From NCBI GenBank assembly GCA_951406725.2, contig OX597820.1:74834001-74898000 (forward strand): 64,000 nucleotides of DNA, in the 5' to 3' direction. The DNA comes from Octopus vulgaris. Taxonomy: Eukaryota. The notes under the pieces were generated by a model. The model had not been told where the DNA came from. It made no database searches and saw nothing but the letters and a program-made list of their open reading frames with translations. The position numbers and the translations under genes are program-made. Positions 42,269 through 55,660 of the stretch are shown piece by piece. Numbering within the stretch: position 1 is the first letter of the stretch; each line of letters begins with the position of its first letter.

Positions 42269-43150
42269 TGTATATTTTTAAGCATAAGCCTGGTGCAAAT
42301 AAAGCATACATACTGCCATCTTAAAAAAGTAGGAAGAAAACCTTACTAGAAAAATATTGATGTTCATAAAAGACCGTTGCAAGGATCATTAAGAAAGGCA
42401 CCGTTGTTTTTTCTAAGTCGGGGAATAGCTTTAGAAATCAGGAAAACAGAAAAAAAGAATAAAGGATGTTTACATGATTTGGGATTTATATATGTAATTG
42501 GCGAGGAAATCAAAATAATGATGAGTCGATAACTTGTTTGATGTTGGATTAAAGATAATCATAAGCATTTGTATGTATTTATTCGTTATATAGATATATA
42601 TCTATGTATGTATCTGTCTATATATACATACATTAAAACATACATACAGAGAGAAAGAGAAAGAGATACAGAGATGGGGGTGAAAGATGTACGCATGAAA
42701 ATGCACGTGTATTTATGTCTCGTTTAAGAAAAATCACATAATTAATAATTAATAAGAACCATATCATAATATTACGTAGATCATTAGAAAGCCGAGGCAT
42801 ATATCACAGTTAATTAATTAATTATGGCACTGATCAAAACGAAACAAAAACATATATAACATCGATATCAAAGAAGAAAGAGTCAGGAAAAAACACTTCA
42901 AACTCTGTAGTATAATTAACCTGTAGCACGAAAACAAGAAACAATATTGCAGCAGTGATATAAAGATCACAAAAAAACATAGACAATTTAATATATTAAG
43001 AAAAACAAAATTCATTTTCCTCATGAGAAATAACGGTTTGCAAAAATATGATGTAAACATGCTAAAAATTATTTTGCAACAGAAAGTTTTGTGATGGAAA
43101 ATAATATTACTTATGAAATTCATTGTAAACATCCTCCAAAGAAAATAAGG
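42236..43150 (+). pseudogene. Putative EVE: matrix protein M1-like
   Basis: IFLSI/KPGANKAYI (YVLSIIPSGPLKAEI), *KNIDV at 42350 (GKNTDL), LRKAPLFFLSRGI (LKTRPILSPLTKGI), INL*HENKKQYCS at 42927 (NPLIRHENRMVLAS). Directly follows the PA-like end. Confidence 0.42.
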
Positions 43151-43172
43151 TGAAGGATGGTTATATACATAC

Positions 43173-43209
<37 letters not shown>

Positions 43210-43213
<4 letters not shown>

Positions 43214-43413
43214 ATCCAAACAAGAAAGCACAAAAAAAAAACACAACAACGCGAGGACGTGGAACAAATAAAGTATTATTGGACGCTCAGGAAAGAAGGG
43301 AAGAAGGAGGGTCTAATGTTTCGAGCGGAGCTCTTCGTCGGAAACATAGGAGAAGGAAAGATCCAGAGAAGGGAAGACAGAGGAAAAAAATCGCCAGCAG
43401 TACTCACGAGGTT

Positions 43414-43415
<2 letters not shown>
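43210..43415 (-). mobile_element. Penelope-like 3' fragment with minimal hammerhead (43311-43345)
   Basis: gttt-CCGACGA-a-gagc(tcc)gctc-GAAAC-ATT-agac. Inserted in (TA)n. Confidence 0.6.
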
Positions 43416-43487
<72 letters not shown>

Positions 43488-43904
43488 TCACGCACGAACA
43501 CATACACATACATTGGTTCACTGTTTGTTCTTATGCTTAGTAATACAACCCTAACCCAGAATTTTGCAGTAATGTGATGGGTTACCCTATATTTCTGTAG
43601 AATTCAAATTTATTACTCTTAGACAAGATTGTTATTGATAGTGATTTCGAAGTTTAGGCCAGTTGAACTATCGTCGGATGATGGCTTCACTGGCTGAGAC
43701 TTCGAAATCACTGCCAATAATAATATTGTTTAAGAATAATACACACACACACACACACATATATATGGATGTGTGTGCTGTTGTGTGTATGTGTGTGTGT
43801 ATACTTCTATTTCTATGTGTCTTTATACGTATATATATATGTATATATGTGTAAAGTCGTGTATATGTGTTTGAGTGTGCATTTGTGTGTATATATATGT
43901 ATGC

Positions 43905-44597
<693 letters not shown>

Positions 44598-44751
44598 TAC
44601 TTTATTTAAAGCAGCAGAAAATTCTACAAAACCTGTTACTCAGATTAACAGGTTTTGTAGAATTTTCTGCTGCTTTAAATAAAGCATATTACTCTACCAC
44701 TGGTATTTGAGTACTCTTTTTTTCCACCTTGTTTCACATTTATGTGGTTAC
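44598..44751 (+). mobile_element. Collapsed copy of the 34574-35207 hairpin element
   Basis: Same outer arm sequence and tail, with the interior deleted. Confidence 0.85.
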
Positions 44752-44889
44752 ATATATGATATGTATACATGCATGTATATATGTGTGTACGTGTGTAAAT
44801 GTGTGTGCGTATGTGTGTACATGTGCGTTTGTATGTGTACGTGTGGAAACACTCAGCGTTTTGTCCCAAAACAATGTTTATGCACTTCA

Positions 44890-46010
44890 ACTTCTGATAA
44901 CTCGATTTTCATTGCTTTTGTAACCCAATTAGAAATAATCAAGGGAGCCAGACCATGTTTGAGCAAGGGAGATTTGCCATAAACGGTTACTGGAAATTTG
45001 AAAACGAAAGCTGACGGCTACATATAATGTGGGTGGGAGGCCTACTTGTAAGATTCAGCATCAATTAAAAAGAAGTTTGAATTAAAGATTAGTATGAAGC
45101 TAATGGAACTATTCAAAATGTTCGCAAGAAAACTTCCTGAAGACCACCGGTACAGACGATCCTCTCGATGCAAGAAATGGTATTAGAGACATATTGCCAG
45201 AGTTCAAGAAATTCAGTTGTGGTAAGTGAATCGTGAGATAGGACTTAGAAGGGATATCATTGGAAAAGTTACATTTCAAGAATACTTTCAGTTAAGATGA
45301 CCCGCACCGAACTTTTGTGAGTGGCACTTGGCCAAATATGTAAAATTGCCGGCTATGTAAAATTGAGTGATGAGACTACATTTAAATTAAATGATTCAAT
45401 TAAACGCGAAAATTGCACCTACTAGCGATGCCCTTAAAGCCAAGAACTTTTCAGCATGCTCTCGTGTGTCTGTGTAGGTACAAGATATATATGTATATGT
45501 ATACAACCATACATGCGTGGGGGTGTTTTAGCGCGCGTGTAAAACAATTCGGACGTGTACACGCCGTCCAGTATTGTGTGTGTTCATCTTACTGGGTATA
45601 AAATAAGTAGTTCCAGGAATAACGTATAACTCAAGTCGCCCTTAATATTTTCAGTCGTAGTCTTTTCAGAAATTTCTAACTAATTCGCATATGTAGTAAC
45701 GGCCTGCTTGTGAACAGATGCGTTGCTTTTGTGAAGTATAAATCACTTAGTTGTCAAGCAGAACTGAATGCATATGCTAGTTTTATGAAATATCAGTAGA
45801 ACCGTGACACTTTTGACAAAAATGATCCATTATTATTGCACGACGCTTCAAAAGTGAAAACCGATGCGTTGTAGTGATACGGTTTGTCAAATAATCAGTT
45901 ATTTTCCTTGTCCTGCAAAAGAACGTTCACAACAATGCTACGTGGTTTAGTTCCATCCCTTGCTGTAGCTCGGATGTGCAATATTTAATCACCAGGAATG
46001 TATAACTAAG
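44890..46010 (+). pseudogene. Tentative EVE: NS1-like, interrupted by a Tc1 fragment
   Basis: DNSIFIAF..QLE..LSKGDLP (DPNTVSSFQVD..QELGDAP) at 44890-44979. TFDKNDPLLL and FKSENRCVVVI (IFDRLETLIL, FTEEGAIVGEI) at about 45809-45875. Short, weak matches. Confidence 0.27.
45080..45430 (+). mobile_element. Tc1-like transposase remnant
   Basis: YEANGTIQNVRK..RP and LSDETTFKLN..ENCTY. Confidence 0.65.
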
Positions 46011-46221
46011 AAGAACAACACTTTCTAAGATAAATTTGTTTTCCATACAGATTTTGTAAAATGTTGAGATATTTTGCTATTAAAATCGTAATTTTCAATT
46101 TGTTGCTGTTGATGTCCTATTTCATGTTTTTGTATACTTCCATTGTCAATGTTGATTGACCAGCCCTATGAGGAAATGTATTTCAGCAATATTCTTGTCA
46201 CAGGTTTTAGGAGAGAGAGAG

Positions 46222-46267
<46 letters not shown>

Positions 46268-46926
46268 TGTGTGTGTGGTGGGGATGTTAACATAAATATG
46301 TTGTTTTCTTTTCTAACACAGTGAAATGTGATTCGGGATTTGTACTTTTACCAAGTTGAGTGACCAGCTCTGACCTCTATTACGTGAACAGGTCAATACA
46401 AATTTACTTTTGTATATTGAAAAAGCATACTAGAAGTAACACACACACACACATACGCACACACACATACACCCACAAATATGGGAACCATAAAAAAACG
46501 ATATGACTATTCCAACAGTAAAACACCGATATCATATAGTAAATTTTTCTCTTGAGTGTGGTCTGGTTGTATCACATATTCTGTTAAATAACACAAAGTG
46601 ATACGATTAATGGAATATGATCGTAAAAGCAATGATCTCATTTGTTTGTATAAAAATCTGAGGATATAAGGATTATTCTATGATTAAATTACATAGTCTC
46701 TATTGAATACAAGTATTCGTTATGAATAAAGCTACTATTGGTAAATATCGTAAATTATTTATCATACTTAGGCATGGTTATGCACCCTCGTGGTTTCGGG
46801 TTCAATCCTGATGAGCGGAACCTTGAGCAAATGTATTCTAATATAGCACCCAACCGATACCCTGTGACTGATATACAAGCACATTTTCTAAACCTTTTTA
46901 AAACAAACCTATTTATTTCCACTTAT

Positions 46927-47120
46927 CTATTTCCACTTGTAGATCATGCAGTATTTCCGTCTTGAAACATCAGTTTCACTCCTTGATTTGTCCAGTTTCA
47001 GAATTCTTCAGATGCTACATGGTTTATATATATTCAACACTTCTGGTGCCATTAGTTGCAGACCCGCTTTAAGCTCCTGCATTCCTCCCTTCTCCTATAT
47101 TTTGTTTAGCTTCATTGCTA
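46927..47120 (-). pseudogene. PB2: Probable C-terminal end of the PB2-like EVE
   Basis: After re-inverting 47121-47432 the frame continues VAVSSSNEAKQNIGEGRNA (cf. LSNLAKGEKA). Weak on its own. Confidence 0.45.
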
Positions 47121-47432
47121 CTTGTGAAATTAGGGGCCAGTATCCTGGTTTAATTGTAACCACCATTTGCATGAAGTTACAGGACAGAATGTTTGCCATC
47201 TCTTCGAACAGTTACTCACTGCTTCTGGTGTACGGAAGTCTACTATTGATGTATGTATTCGAAGATATTTTCGTCAATATAATTTGGACAGCATGCAAGA
47301 TAAAGTTACTGGTCACATTACACTTGGTGGAAGACAACTTCAGCAATGCCTAGAGGCACCTCGCTCTTGGAATGTATTTGAACTGCCTTTATTCATGAAG
47401 GAATCTGCAATGAAAGGCGTTGCAGTATCAAG
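47121..47432 (+). pseudogene. PB2: Inverted internal block of the PB2-like EVE (627-domain region)
   Basis: CEIRGQYPGLIVT (IRGQYPG at 47129-47149; flu A KAIRGQYSGFVRT). After a frameshift, DKVTGHITLGGRQ (NKATKRLTVLGKD) and KESAMKGVAV (VESAVLRGFLI). Bounded by CTTG (47121-47124) and CAAG (47429-47432). Confidence 0.78.
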
Positions 47433-48698
47433 CGCAATAAGTTACTGGTATTGTTTACTTCACTCAGTGTATTGATAACATATTCTTTCCATGAAACTAC
47501 AAATATTTAAATAAAATATTTAACCCTACTTCTCAATAAGTGAGGTGATCACTTTCCAGAAGCCAATATTGTTTAACATTCAACGTTGGCAGCAGTTCTT
47601 TTATTTAACTTCCAGTTGCAAGATGTCTTTTCATTCAAAATGTTTGAAAGTCGTGCCAATTAATCATTTTTTTGTTCGTGACCGCGTTTCGAATATTAAG
47701 TAGCATTATCTGCACTTTGAATTCTGTTTCCTTACCAGTTGAGTTGCATGATCTTGTTCGTATTTCTTCTAATCCCCAGAGTATCTGAGCATCTGCAGAT
47801 ATAGAGTAAAGAAGAGAAACCTAGAGAATCTTTGTAAGATTTGGTCCAAATTTGGTCGATAATTCTCCCTTCGTGGCTCTGCCTTTCTCATCCTTGATAT
47901 CGAGGACGTTTGCTCTACACATCATATACAGTTGTGTATTGGTCGCCTCGGAATGTATGCAAGACTTTGTGAGATGTTACACCTGCATTGGATAAAGTAG
48001 CATTTACAGGTAACGGCCCTTAGTCTGATGCCAGCTGAGTAAGTTTACGGAGATATGACCATGCAGATCACTCTTGAATCACCCGCACATCCTAATTTGT
48101 GTATTTAACGCTTTTTATTGTCCAAGAGAAAGTACTTGGGAATATTTGAATAAAAAATGTTTGAGCCTCCGACTCTTGCACATTTAGATAGACCAACCGT
48201 TCACACTCGTGCTACTATAACTATCTCTCTCAGGGTCATTGCGATTTTAGGATCTTTTAGAAATTGATCACCCTCATCTAGGCGTTATATTCAGGGATGA
48301 TTAATCCCCTGCTCTTTCCTGTTAGTGCAACTATTCATATCCCTTTTCAGAGCCCACTCTTCCTGATCCACAGTCTCCTTGAAGTAATCTCTACTGCCTC
48401 TAGATCCAACTTGGTGTCTGCTATCTACTGGCCCTTGCCAAACATGTAGTCTCTGTCGATAGAAGAGTCCCCATCCCTTCCTCTCAATCCCACCTCTATA
48501 GGATTGCACATTATTTTCTATCCATTGCTTCGATATAACTCCATAATCTCAGTAAATTGTATTCATGTCATCATATTTGATTTGTCAATCTGTTAACCTC
48601 AGTGAATGAAGAGTTCTACCAGAACAGCCTGCTTAAATGCTTCATACATCAGCATTATGACTAGATTAGTGATGATCATGTGACCGTTTCTGAGAGAA
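47433..48698 (-). pseudogene. PB2: Endogenous viral element: influenza-like polymerase PB2, N-terminal and middle part (decayed, with internal deletions)
   Basis: Minus-strand translation through stops gives motifs in PB2 order: RQRLHVWQGPVDSRHQVGSR (ORF 48291..48509; flu A [20 protein letters not shown]), DPKIAMTLREIV..CARVGG (DQSLIIAARNIV..CHSTQIGG), RATKG..VSLLYS..KKMINW..IKELLPTL (RKATRR..VAMVFS..LFQNW..IGILPDM). The region is less AT-rich than its flanks. By-eye comparison. Confidence 0.72.
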
Positions 48699-49442
48699 TC
48701 AGCGTCTTCTCCAGGCTGATTTTAGTAACTTACAGCTCTGTTCCATTGCTAGGAAGCGCGCGGAAGTAAGTTGACCATGCGTCATATTTAAACCAGCTTT
48801 GAAGAACGGTAGTTTCTGCTGTTGCATGTAGGCGCTTACAATGGCCGATTCCACGGCGATAACGTCAGCTATGGCCTTCAAGACATGTTCTTGAATCCAG
48901 TTGTTGAGGTTCTCGCCCAAAACATTTGGACAGCTTTTAGAGTGTGTTCTAAGCTTCATTTCCTCACGCCCAAAAGGAAAACTTCTGATTTCAACTTCCT
49001 CAACTAGAACAAGTCGAACAAGATCGGTAAGACGTCGTAAACTATTTGAATCAGAAATTTATTTGCAGTGGAGCTCGTCTTTCCAAAGCTCAGGTCATGA
49101 GACTTTGTGTACATGTGGATTGCATCCATCTAAATCAGGTTTTCTGGTGCTGCATAGAATTCTTCAAATGACGTTTGCACCTCTATCAATAACCTCCTGT
49201 ACTTTCTTTGCACTCTTCATGGCGAGTGTTATACTGTATCCCAAGGCAGCCCACCCACGAGGTTCAGCACTCACCATCGCTCTGTGCTTTTGCCGTCACT
49301 GGGTAGTCTTAATAGCCCTTACTGCTTATTATGTATTTCTTTCTTAAACAGATTGCTGATGTTTGCAGGGCGCTATCTTGTTGATATGGGCTAAGAACAT
49401 TACGTTTATACCATGCTTGAAATACTTCATAGAAACAATCAA
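48699..49442 (-). pseudogene. PB1: Endogenous viral element: influenza-like PB1 C-terminal third (motif E region to stop)
   Basis: One frame with scattered stops: VSMKYFKHG (FTSFFYRYG), AVRAIK (GVTVIK), DGCNPHVHKVS*PEL..CK*ISDSNSLRRL ([32 protein letters not shown]), RTHS (TTHS). Ends HGQLTSARFLAMEQSCKLLKSAWRRR* versus [26 protein letters not shown], same length with F, C and stop in register. Includes ORF 48699..48959. Confidence 0.72.
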
Positions 49443-50359
49443 CTGTTTACACAAAGGATATTAATAATATTTCAAAGCAGAAAATCCCTAGAACAAGCGT
49501 TAGAATCCCAGAAAAACAGGGATGTCACGTACTTTTGTTATCCATTGAAATATTATTTCACTTCACTTACAAGAGAAGTCTCCCAGCAATTATAACTCTT
49601 AGAAGTAATGAATTCAGTCCCAAAAGTACAGAAAACTCTTTAAATTTTTCCTTCATTACATTCGTCACCAACATCCTCATCATCAACAGATGAATCTTCT
49701 TTAAGAGCAATTCCTTTTAAAATATGTTTCTTTTATTCTTCAAAAGTTTCCCTTTATAGCCCTGTCCTTAGAATAACTCGTATTTCCTCGACATATTTTT
49801 TTCTAATACACATCCTTTTATTTAAGCAGTCATTAACTTTCAAGAGGCTTTTTCTTTTGAAATTGAATTTTGTTTCTTTAGATGTCAAACTAGAATTTAA
49901 TCGAATTTTATAACAATTGATCTCTTTTCTGTTTGTCGCTCTGAGAGTGATTATTCTTTCTTTCTTTCCAGCAGGTGAGGTTGCTTAATTCCATTTGTAA
50001 AAAGGTTGATTATTAATGAATCTGGCAAATGCGTCATAGAGCCAAATTTTATGTAGGATGCGCAGAATTAAGGAAGCCTCCAGAATTTTCCAGAATTATG
50101 GTTTGTTAATACTATTACTGATTGAATGACATACCAAGTGAACTTCATAAAATTGAATTTAAAAGACATCCTTATAACAGGTATTACATTAAAGTTAACT
50201 AAGTATTAACTGATAAACTTTTATTTTCATACAGGCCTAAAACCAAATTTTATATATGTAGGAATATATTATATTGACGTCTTTGTAATTAATCAACTTT
50301 CCATTAACCAATTTATAACTGAAAGAAAAATGGTTAGGGGATAGATGTTTTATCGTGTA

Positions 50360-50645
50360 TTCAGTTCAGTCATTGGATTGCGGCCATACTGAAGTATCAC
50401 CGTAAAAGACTTTAATCGAACTAATTGACTCTAGTTCATATGTTTATTTTAGCCTCGTACTTATTCTATCACTCTCTGTTACCGAACTGCTAAGTACGAG
50501 GATGTAAACAAAACAGCACCAGTTGTCAAGTAATAGCGGAGGGGTGACACATACACAAACGCTCACATGCACACGCACACAAACACACACACACACACGC
50601 GCGCGCGCGCGCGCGGGCTTTCATAGTTTCCCTCTACCAAATTCG
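50360..50645 (-). mobile_element. SINE family A, degenerate
   Basis: Homology to the 3' half of family A. Confidence 0.75.
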
Positions 50646-51079
50646 CCCAATTCTACCAATTCCCTCTACCAAATTCGAAGTAAAAGCAGGAAGAGGAGGA
50701 CGAGGAGGAAAAGGAGGAAGGAGGAGGAGAAGGAAGTGGAGGCAGGCTAAGAGGAGAAGGTGGAAAAGAAGAAGAAAGAGGAGGAGAAAAAGGAGAAGGA
50801 GAAGAAGGATGAGGAGGAAAAGAAGGAAGAGGACACGAAGGAGGAGGAGACGACGAAGATGAGAATTTCATTGTGTAGACCATCACAGCACAATCGCGAA
50901 CTGCAGCAACGACACAAATAATGATTATTCCTGCTACAATCTGGTCCTGTCCTGACGAAACAATGCTTTTGTTGCAATACTGAAGTTAACTTGTCTCGTA
51001 ATTCTCAGAAAGAAAATGGAAGATGTTTTAGAGTGAAGAATATATCAAATTATAAAATGTCGAGTGACGATACGTGACA

Positions 51080-51375
51080 AAGAGATTCGGCTCACGATCG
51101 AAAGATCATGAGTTCGATACCTGTCGGCACTTTGTGTCCTTGAGCAAGAAACTTTATTTCACGTTCTCCAGGCCATTCATCTGGTAAAAAGGAGTAGCAC
51201 CTGTATTTCAAAGAGTCATCCTTTCACAATTCGTGTCATACTGAATTTCTCAGAGACCTACCTTAAATGTACGTGTTTCTGTGGAGTGCTCAACCACTTG
51301 CACTTTAATTTCATGAGTAAGTTGTTCCGTTGATTGGATTAACCGGAACCCGCATCGTCGTAAGCGACGGAATAT
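51080..51375 (+). mobile_element. SINE related to families C and D
   Basis: B box GAGTTCGATACC; 3' body as in 3490-3670. Confidence 0.8.
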
Positions 51376-51788
51376 CAATTAAACAGGAATTTCAAAGAAG
51401 ATATCTTTAAAACAAAAACCTAGAGAAAAGCGAGAGGAAAATATAACTTGTAGTTATATTGTTAGAGAGAAGTATGCATGTGTGAGAAAGGATGAATCAT
51501 AAATTTGTTCGTCCATGTGCAATTATGTGCAAAGTAATAAATTATAAAGTTCAAGAATATTGAATGAAAACCAAAACTCCAGTCTAATCGAATTGAAAAA
51601 GGAATGCACAATATTTGAAGATTTCGCAAACAATTTCAAGCAAAGTGTTGTGAATGAAAGACCAAATTAATCTAAAATCTATAATTGATATTTCAGTTTA
51701 CAGTGACACTAGAATACCGATCTAGTCGAAATATTTGAAGTACAAGTAACAAATTTTAAGCAGATACTCATTGTAGATGATGCGTTTA

Positions 51789-52038
51789 CAATAATACCTC
51801 GACTATCGTGGGTGTTATGTTCCAAAGCTCCCCGTCATAGGTAAAAATCCGCGAAGTAGGAACAGTACTGTACTGTATATTTAAAAAATTATTTTTATGA
51901 TTTATATATATTTATATTGTTATAAATGCAAAATAACACCGCAGAGGGATCGGCATAACCTTAAATAATAAACTGCGATAACTGAACCGCGGTAGGTGAA
52001 CGGGGGTAGGTAAACCGCGATATGGCGAGGGATTACTG
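51789..52038. mobile_element. Tigger/pogo-type MITE
   Basis: TIRs CAATAATACCTCGAC / GGCGAGGGATTACTG with TA duplication. Confidence 0.75.
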
Positions 52039-52204
52039 TAGATGCAAAACTGGTAGGATAAATTGCTAAACATTACACGAATAAAACCTAGAACTGAACG
52101 TTCCTTACTGGAAAACGTATGATAATGAGATGCAAAACTTATAGTTACATGTGTTACGCAACAGATACAATTATATTTTAAACAAGAATACCAGTGCATG
52201 AAAT

Positions 52205-52735
52205 TCTTCTCTACTCTAGCCACAAGGTCAGAAATTTGAGGGGAGGGACCAGTCGATTAGATCGACCCCAGCACACAATTGGTACTCACTTTATCGACCC
52301 CAAAAGGATGAAAGGCAAAGTCGACCTCGTCAGAATTTGAACTCAGAACGTTAAGACACAGAGTGGACAAACAAGGATAGACAAACGGATTAAGTCGATT
52401 ATATCGACCCCAGTGCGTAACTGGTACTTATTTAATCGGCCCCCAAAAAGATGATGGGCAAAGTCGACCTCGGCGGAATTTCAACTCAGAACGTAACGGC
52501 AGACGAAATACCTATTTCTTTACTACCCACAAGGTCCTAAACATAGAGGGGACAAACAAAGACAGAAAAAGCGATTAAGTCGAATACATCGACCCCAGTG
52601 TATAACTGGTATTTACTCAATCGACCCCGAAAGGATGAAAGGCAAAGTTGATCTCGGCGGAATTTGAACTCAGAACGTAGCGACAGGCGAAATACCGCTG
52701 AGCATTTCGCCCGGTTTGCTAACGTTTCTGCCAGT
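52205..52735 (-). mobile_element. SINE family B tandem cluster (three core units)
   Basis: Repeated Meta-like core. Confidence 0.88.
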
Positions 52736-53811
52736 GCTGGCGCCCTTTTATAGCGTAATAGAGACAACCCGACGCTTTACTTGTCTCGGGTATCTCTCCT
52801 CACCCTAACTAATACAAGAAATTAGAGGAGTTATTAAAGTGGCAGGCACAAGAATACTAGACGTTTAGGAATAGGCGATTTGGAACCCGTTATCTGGCGT
52901 CAGTTTTTGACCACAGCAGTTTTCATGTTTCTCTCGTTCCCTCCTCCCCTACTTCCCTTTCTGTATAGCTATCATTCATTGTGTGTATTCTTATGTATGT
53001 GAGCATGCTTCTGTCTGTTTATGCATATGAGGAGAAGAAAAATGCTGTGTCAGTCTTTTCAATTAATAAATTGTAATGGCTCTTTCTATCTGTATTTGTA
53101 TAATTCTGCGCGCGTATGTATGTATCATGGAATGATACAGAAACAAAACTTTGATAGTTTACCATGTGTTGGCGTTTTATATTAACAGAGAGCAATATAT
53201 TCAAAACAAAGAGATAACGCCGACAGACATCCATAAAGTTGCTCGACCTGCAAGACATAACAACAACAACCTACTCAAATGATAGCCTGAAATCTTAATA
53301 AAGAGAACATTGGTATGGTGTCAGCTCTGATGCATTTGAACTCAGGCCCCTTCATTCAAAACTGTAAAACAACAACAACAATAGCATCGAGCCAACGTGG
53401 GAAGATCTTCGCAGAGGATTAACTTGTCATAATAAATAAGAGAGAGAGAGAGAGGGGGGGGGGTAAAAGAAACCATGCTTATCTCCCCCTAATCAAATGG
53501 TATCGGCTTAGAAAGGGTGGGAAGCATGGAATGGTATGGAAATAGTAACACATTTGAATAGAAAAGGATCATAACACGGATAGAACGCATTTCATCATAG
53601 GTGCGCTTGATCCGGATAAAACCGGCGCTAATCAATAACAAGTTGTCCAAGAAATTTATCACAATAAATACGCATTCCTTGAAGAATTTCTCAGTTTGAC
53701 TGGATAACTCACACAAGGTAGAATCTCATGTATGTAATATAATTATGTAATATAATAAGATAAACAAACAAAGGCGCCCTCAGGCGAATTTAAAATCTAA
53801 ATTACAAGAGA

Positions 53812-54114
53812 ACAGTTCTATATTTAAGAGATGAGGAATTATGTACATTATTTACGTTATTTAGAATTGACGATATTTGTCATTATCTTGTTTGCTCTTA
53901 ATACAACGTTTCGGCTGATATACCCTCCAGCCTTCGTTAGGTGTCTTGGGGGGAAATTTCGAACCTTTGTTCTCATTCCTAAGGTAATTTTCGATGTTGT
54001 TGTTGTTGTTGTTATTATTATTATTATTATTAAGGTCACTGCTTGGAATCGAACTAGGAATCTTGGGGTTTGTAGCCCGCGCTCTTAACCACTACACCAT
54101 ATGCCCGTGAGCAT

Positions 54115-54166
<52 letters not shown>

Positions 54167-54197
54167 TCGAAAAATACCTTAGGCATGAGAACCCAGT
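53812..54197 (-). mobile_element. tRNA-head + hammerhead SINE-like element, full length, with an inverted partial copy at 54113-54197
   Basis: Head 54032-54106, hammerhead 53901-53944, tail matching 26160-26239. Confidence 0.82.
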
Positions 54198-55454
54198 AAT
54201 TATTTTTCTGTAAGCCTGGTACTTAGTTTATCGGTCTCTTTTGCCGAAGTTTTATGTTGCAGGACGTAAACACACCAGCAACGGTTGTCAAGTGGTGGTG
54301 GAGGATGCACGCACGCATGCACATACACACACACACACACACACATACACACACACACACACATACGTAATACAGTGGACTTCTTTCAATTTCCATCTAG
54401 GAAATCAACTCAGAACGCTTCGATCGGCCTGAGCCTATAGTACCAAAAACCGCGTCTGCGCCTTGTCATCATATCTAATGATAACTAGATTCAAAATTCT
54501 AAACAGTATGCATCATAAGAGCAGCTTCACTTTCGGATTTTATTCACCTAGTTTCAGAAAGATTTCATCTTCTAATTCCAAGGATAATTTTCATTAATAG
54601 AAATGTTTCAATTCACTCTTTTTATATAAGTGAGAAGCTATTCAAACGCTCCTCTGAATTAGTTTTTGGTAACCATGGCATTGATAGCCATAATCAGCTG
54701 CAATGCTTTTCTTCTATCTCTCTGTATGCTACCGCTTCTAATTATAACCAATTCAGAAGAAAATTCAACGTGAATTTAGATTACATATTCCTCTTAGCAG
54801 GATTTTTTTTTCACTAAGAAGGGACCATCACATGTATAAATGTACAGACTTTTGAAGGAATGAAAGGTACACCTCAAACCAGCGAAGGAGCTTCATGCGA
54901 AGTTGCTTGACACTATCTCGCTAGAAATAGCAACCGTATTCCCTCAAATCAAACCCAATGTGATGAAAAAATCAAGAATACGTTGTCAAACTCTTCGATT
55001 CTTACAGAGTACAGTGGTCATCGACTTTGCTCCACATCCCCATTCTCGACTTTAGGTCTTCGCAGGTCTTGTTGGTGTTGAATTAGTATTGATGCTTCTG
55101 CAGCTTTGTTTGTAGGAAGGGGTGTTGGCACTACACAAATCCATTTTTACCAGTAAGAAGTCGTCTGTATTACTTTGGCCCCTATACTTTAACCTGTTCT
55201 GCTCTCAGGAGCACTGAATCACACGAGCCACCACAGCGCAACTAGTGCTGGACTTTAGATATACTATTCCTCAAAATCAAATGTCGGAACATCATGAATT
55301 TAAAACTTGGCTAATGAAGGAAGATATGGGATTAGAACACCACTGCAAAAACTATGGCTTGTAGTATCTGTGAAGTTTTGGACAAAAATTATGCGCCATT
55401 TGATCAATTTCTTTGTGCTCTCATGTCACATGCTGCAGCGATCAACGTCGCCTT

Positions 55455-55660
55455 TGAGCAGGCAGAATCGTTAGCTCGTCGGAAAAAATGCTTAGCGGCA
55501 TATCGTCTGTCTTTACGTTGAGTTCAAATTCCGCCGTGGTCGTCTTTGCCTATCATCCTTTCGGGGTCGATTAAATAAGTACCAGTTATGCACCAGTGTT
55601 GCTGTAATCGACTATCCCGTCCACCAAAGCTTCAGGCGTTGTGCCTATGGTAGAAAGGCT
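55455..55660 (+). mobile_element. SINE family B
   Basis: Core and tail match the family. Confidence 0.82.

Noticed and set aside
48699-48760. In-frame PB1-PB2 fusion starting at MEQSCKLLKS
   Set aside because: These residues align better with the last helix of PB1, including the stop position.
49550-49975. DSSVDD / LLGLN / SKSY on the minus strand as PB1 motifs C and D
   Set aside because: The same frame reads equally well as the K/E-rich, acidic, C..FC..F..SKS..W tail of a pogo/DDE-1 transposase. Motif C/D-like sequence is already assigned at 35907-36057. Left unassigned.
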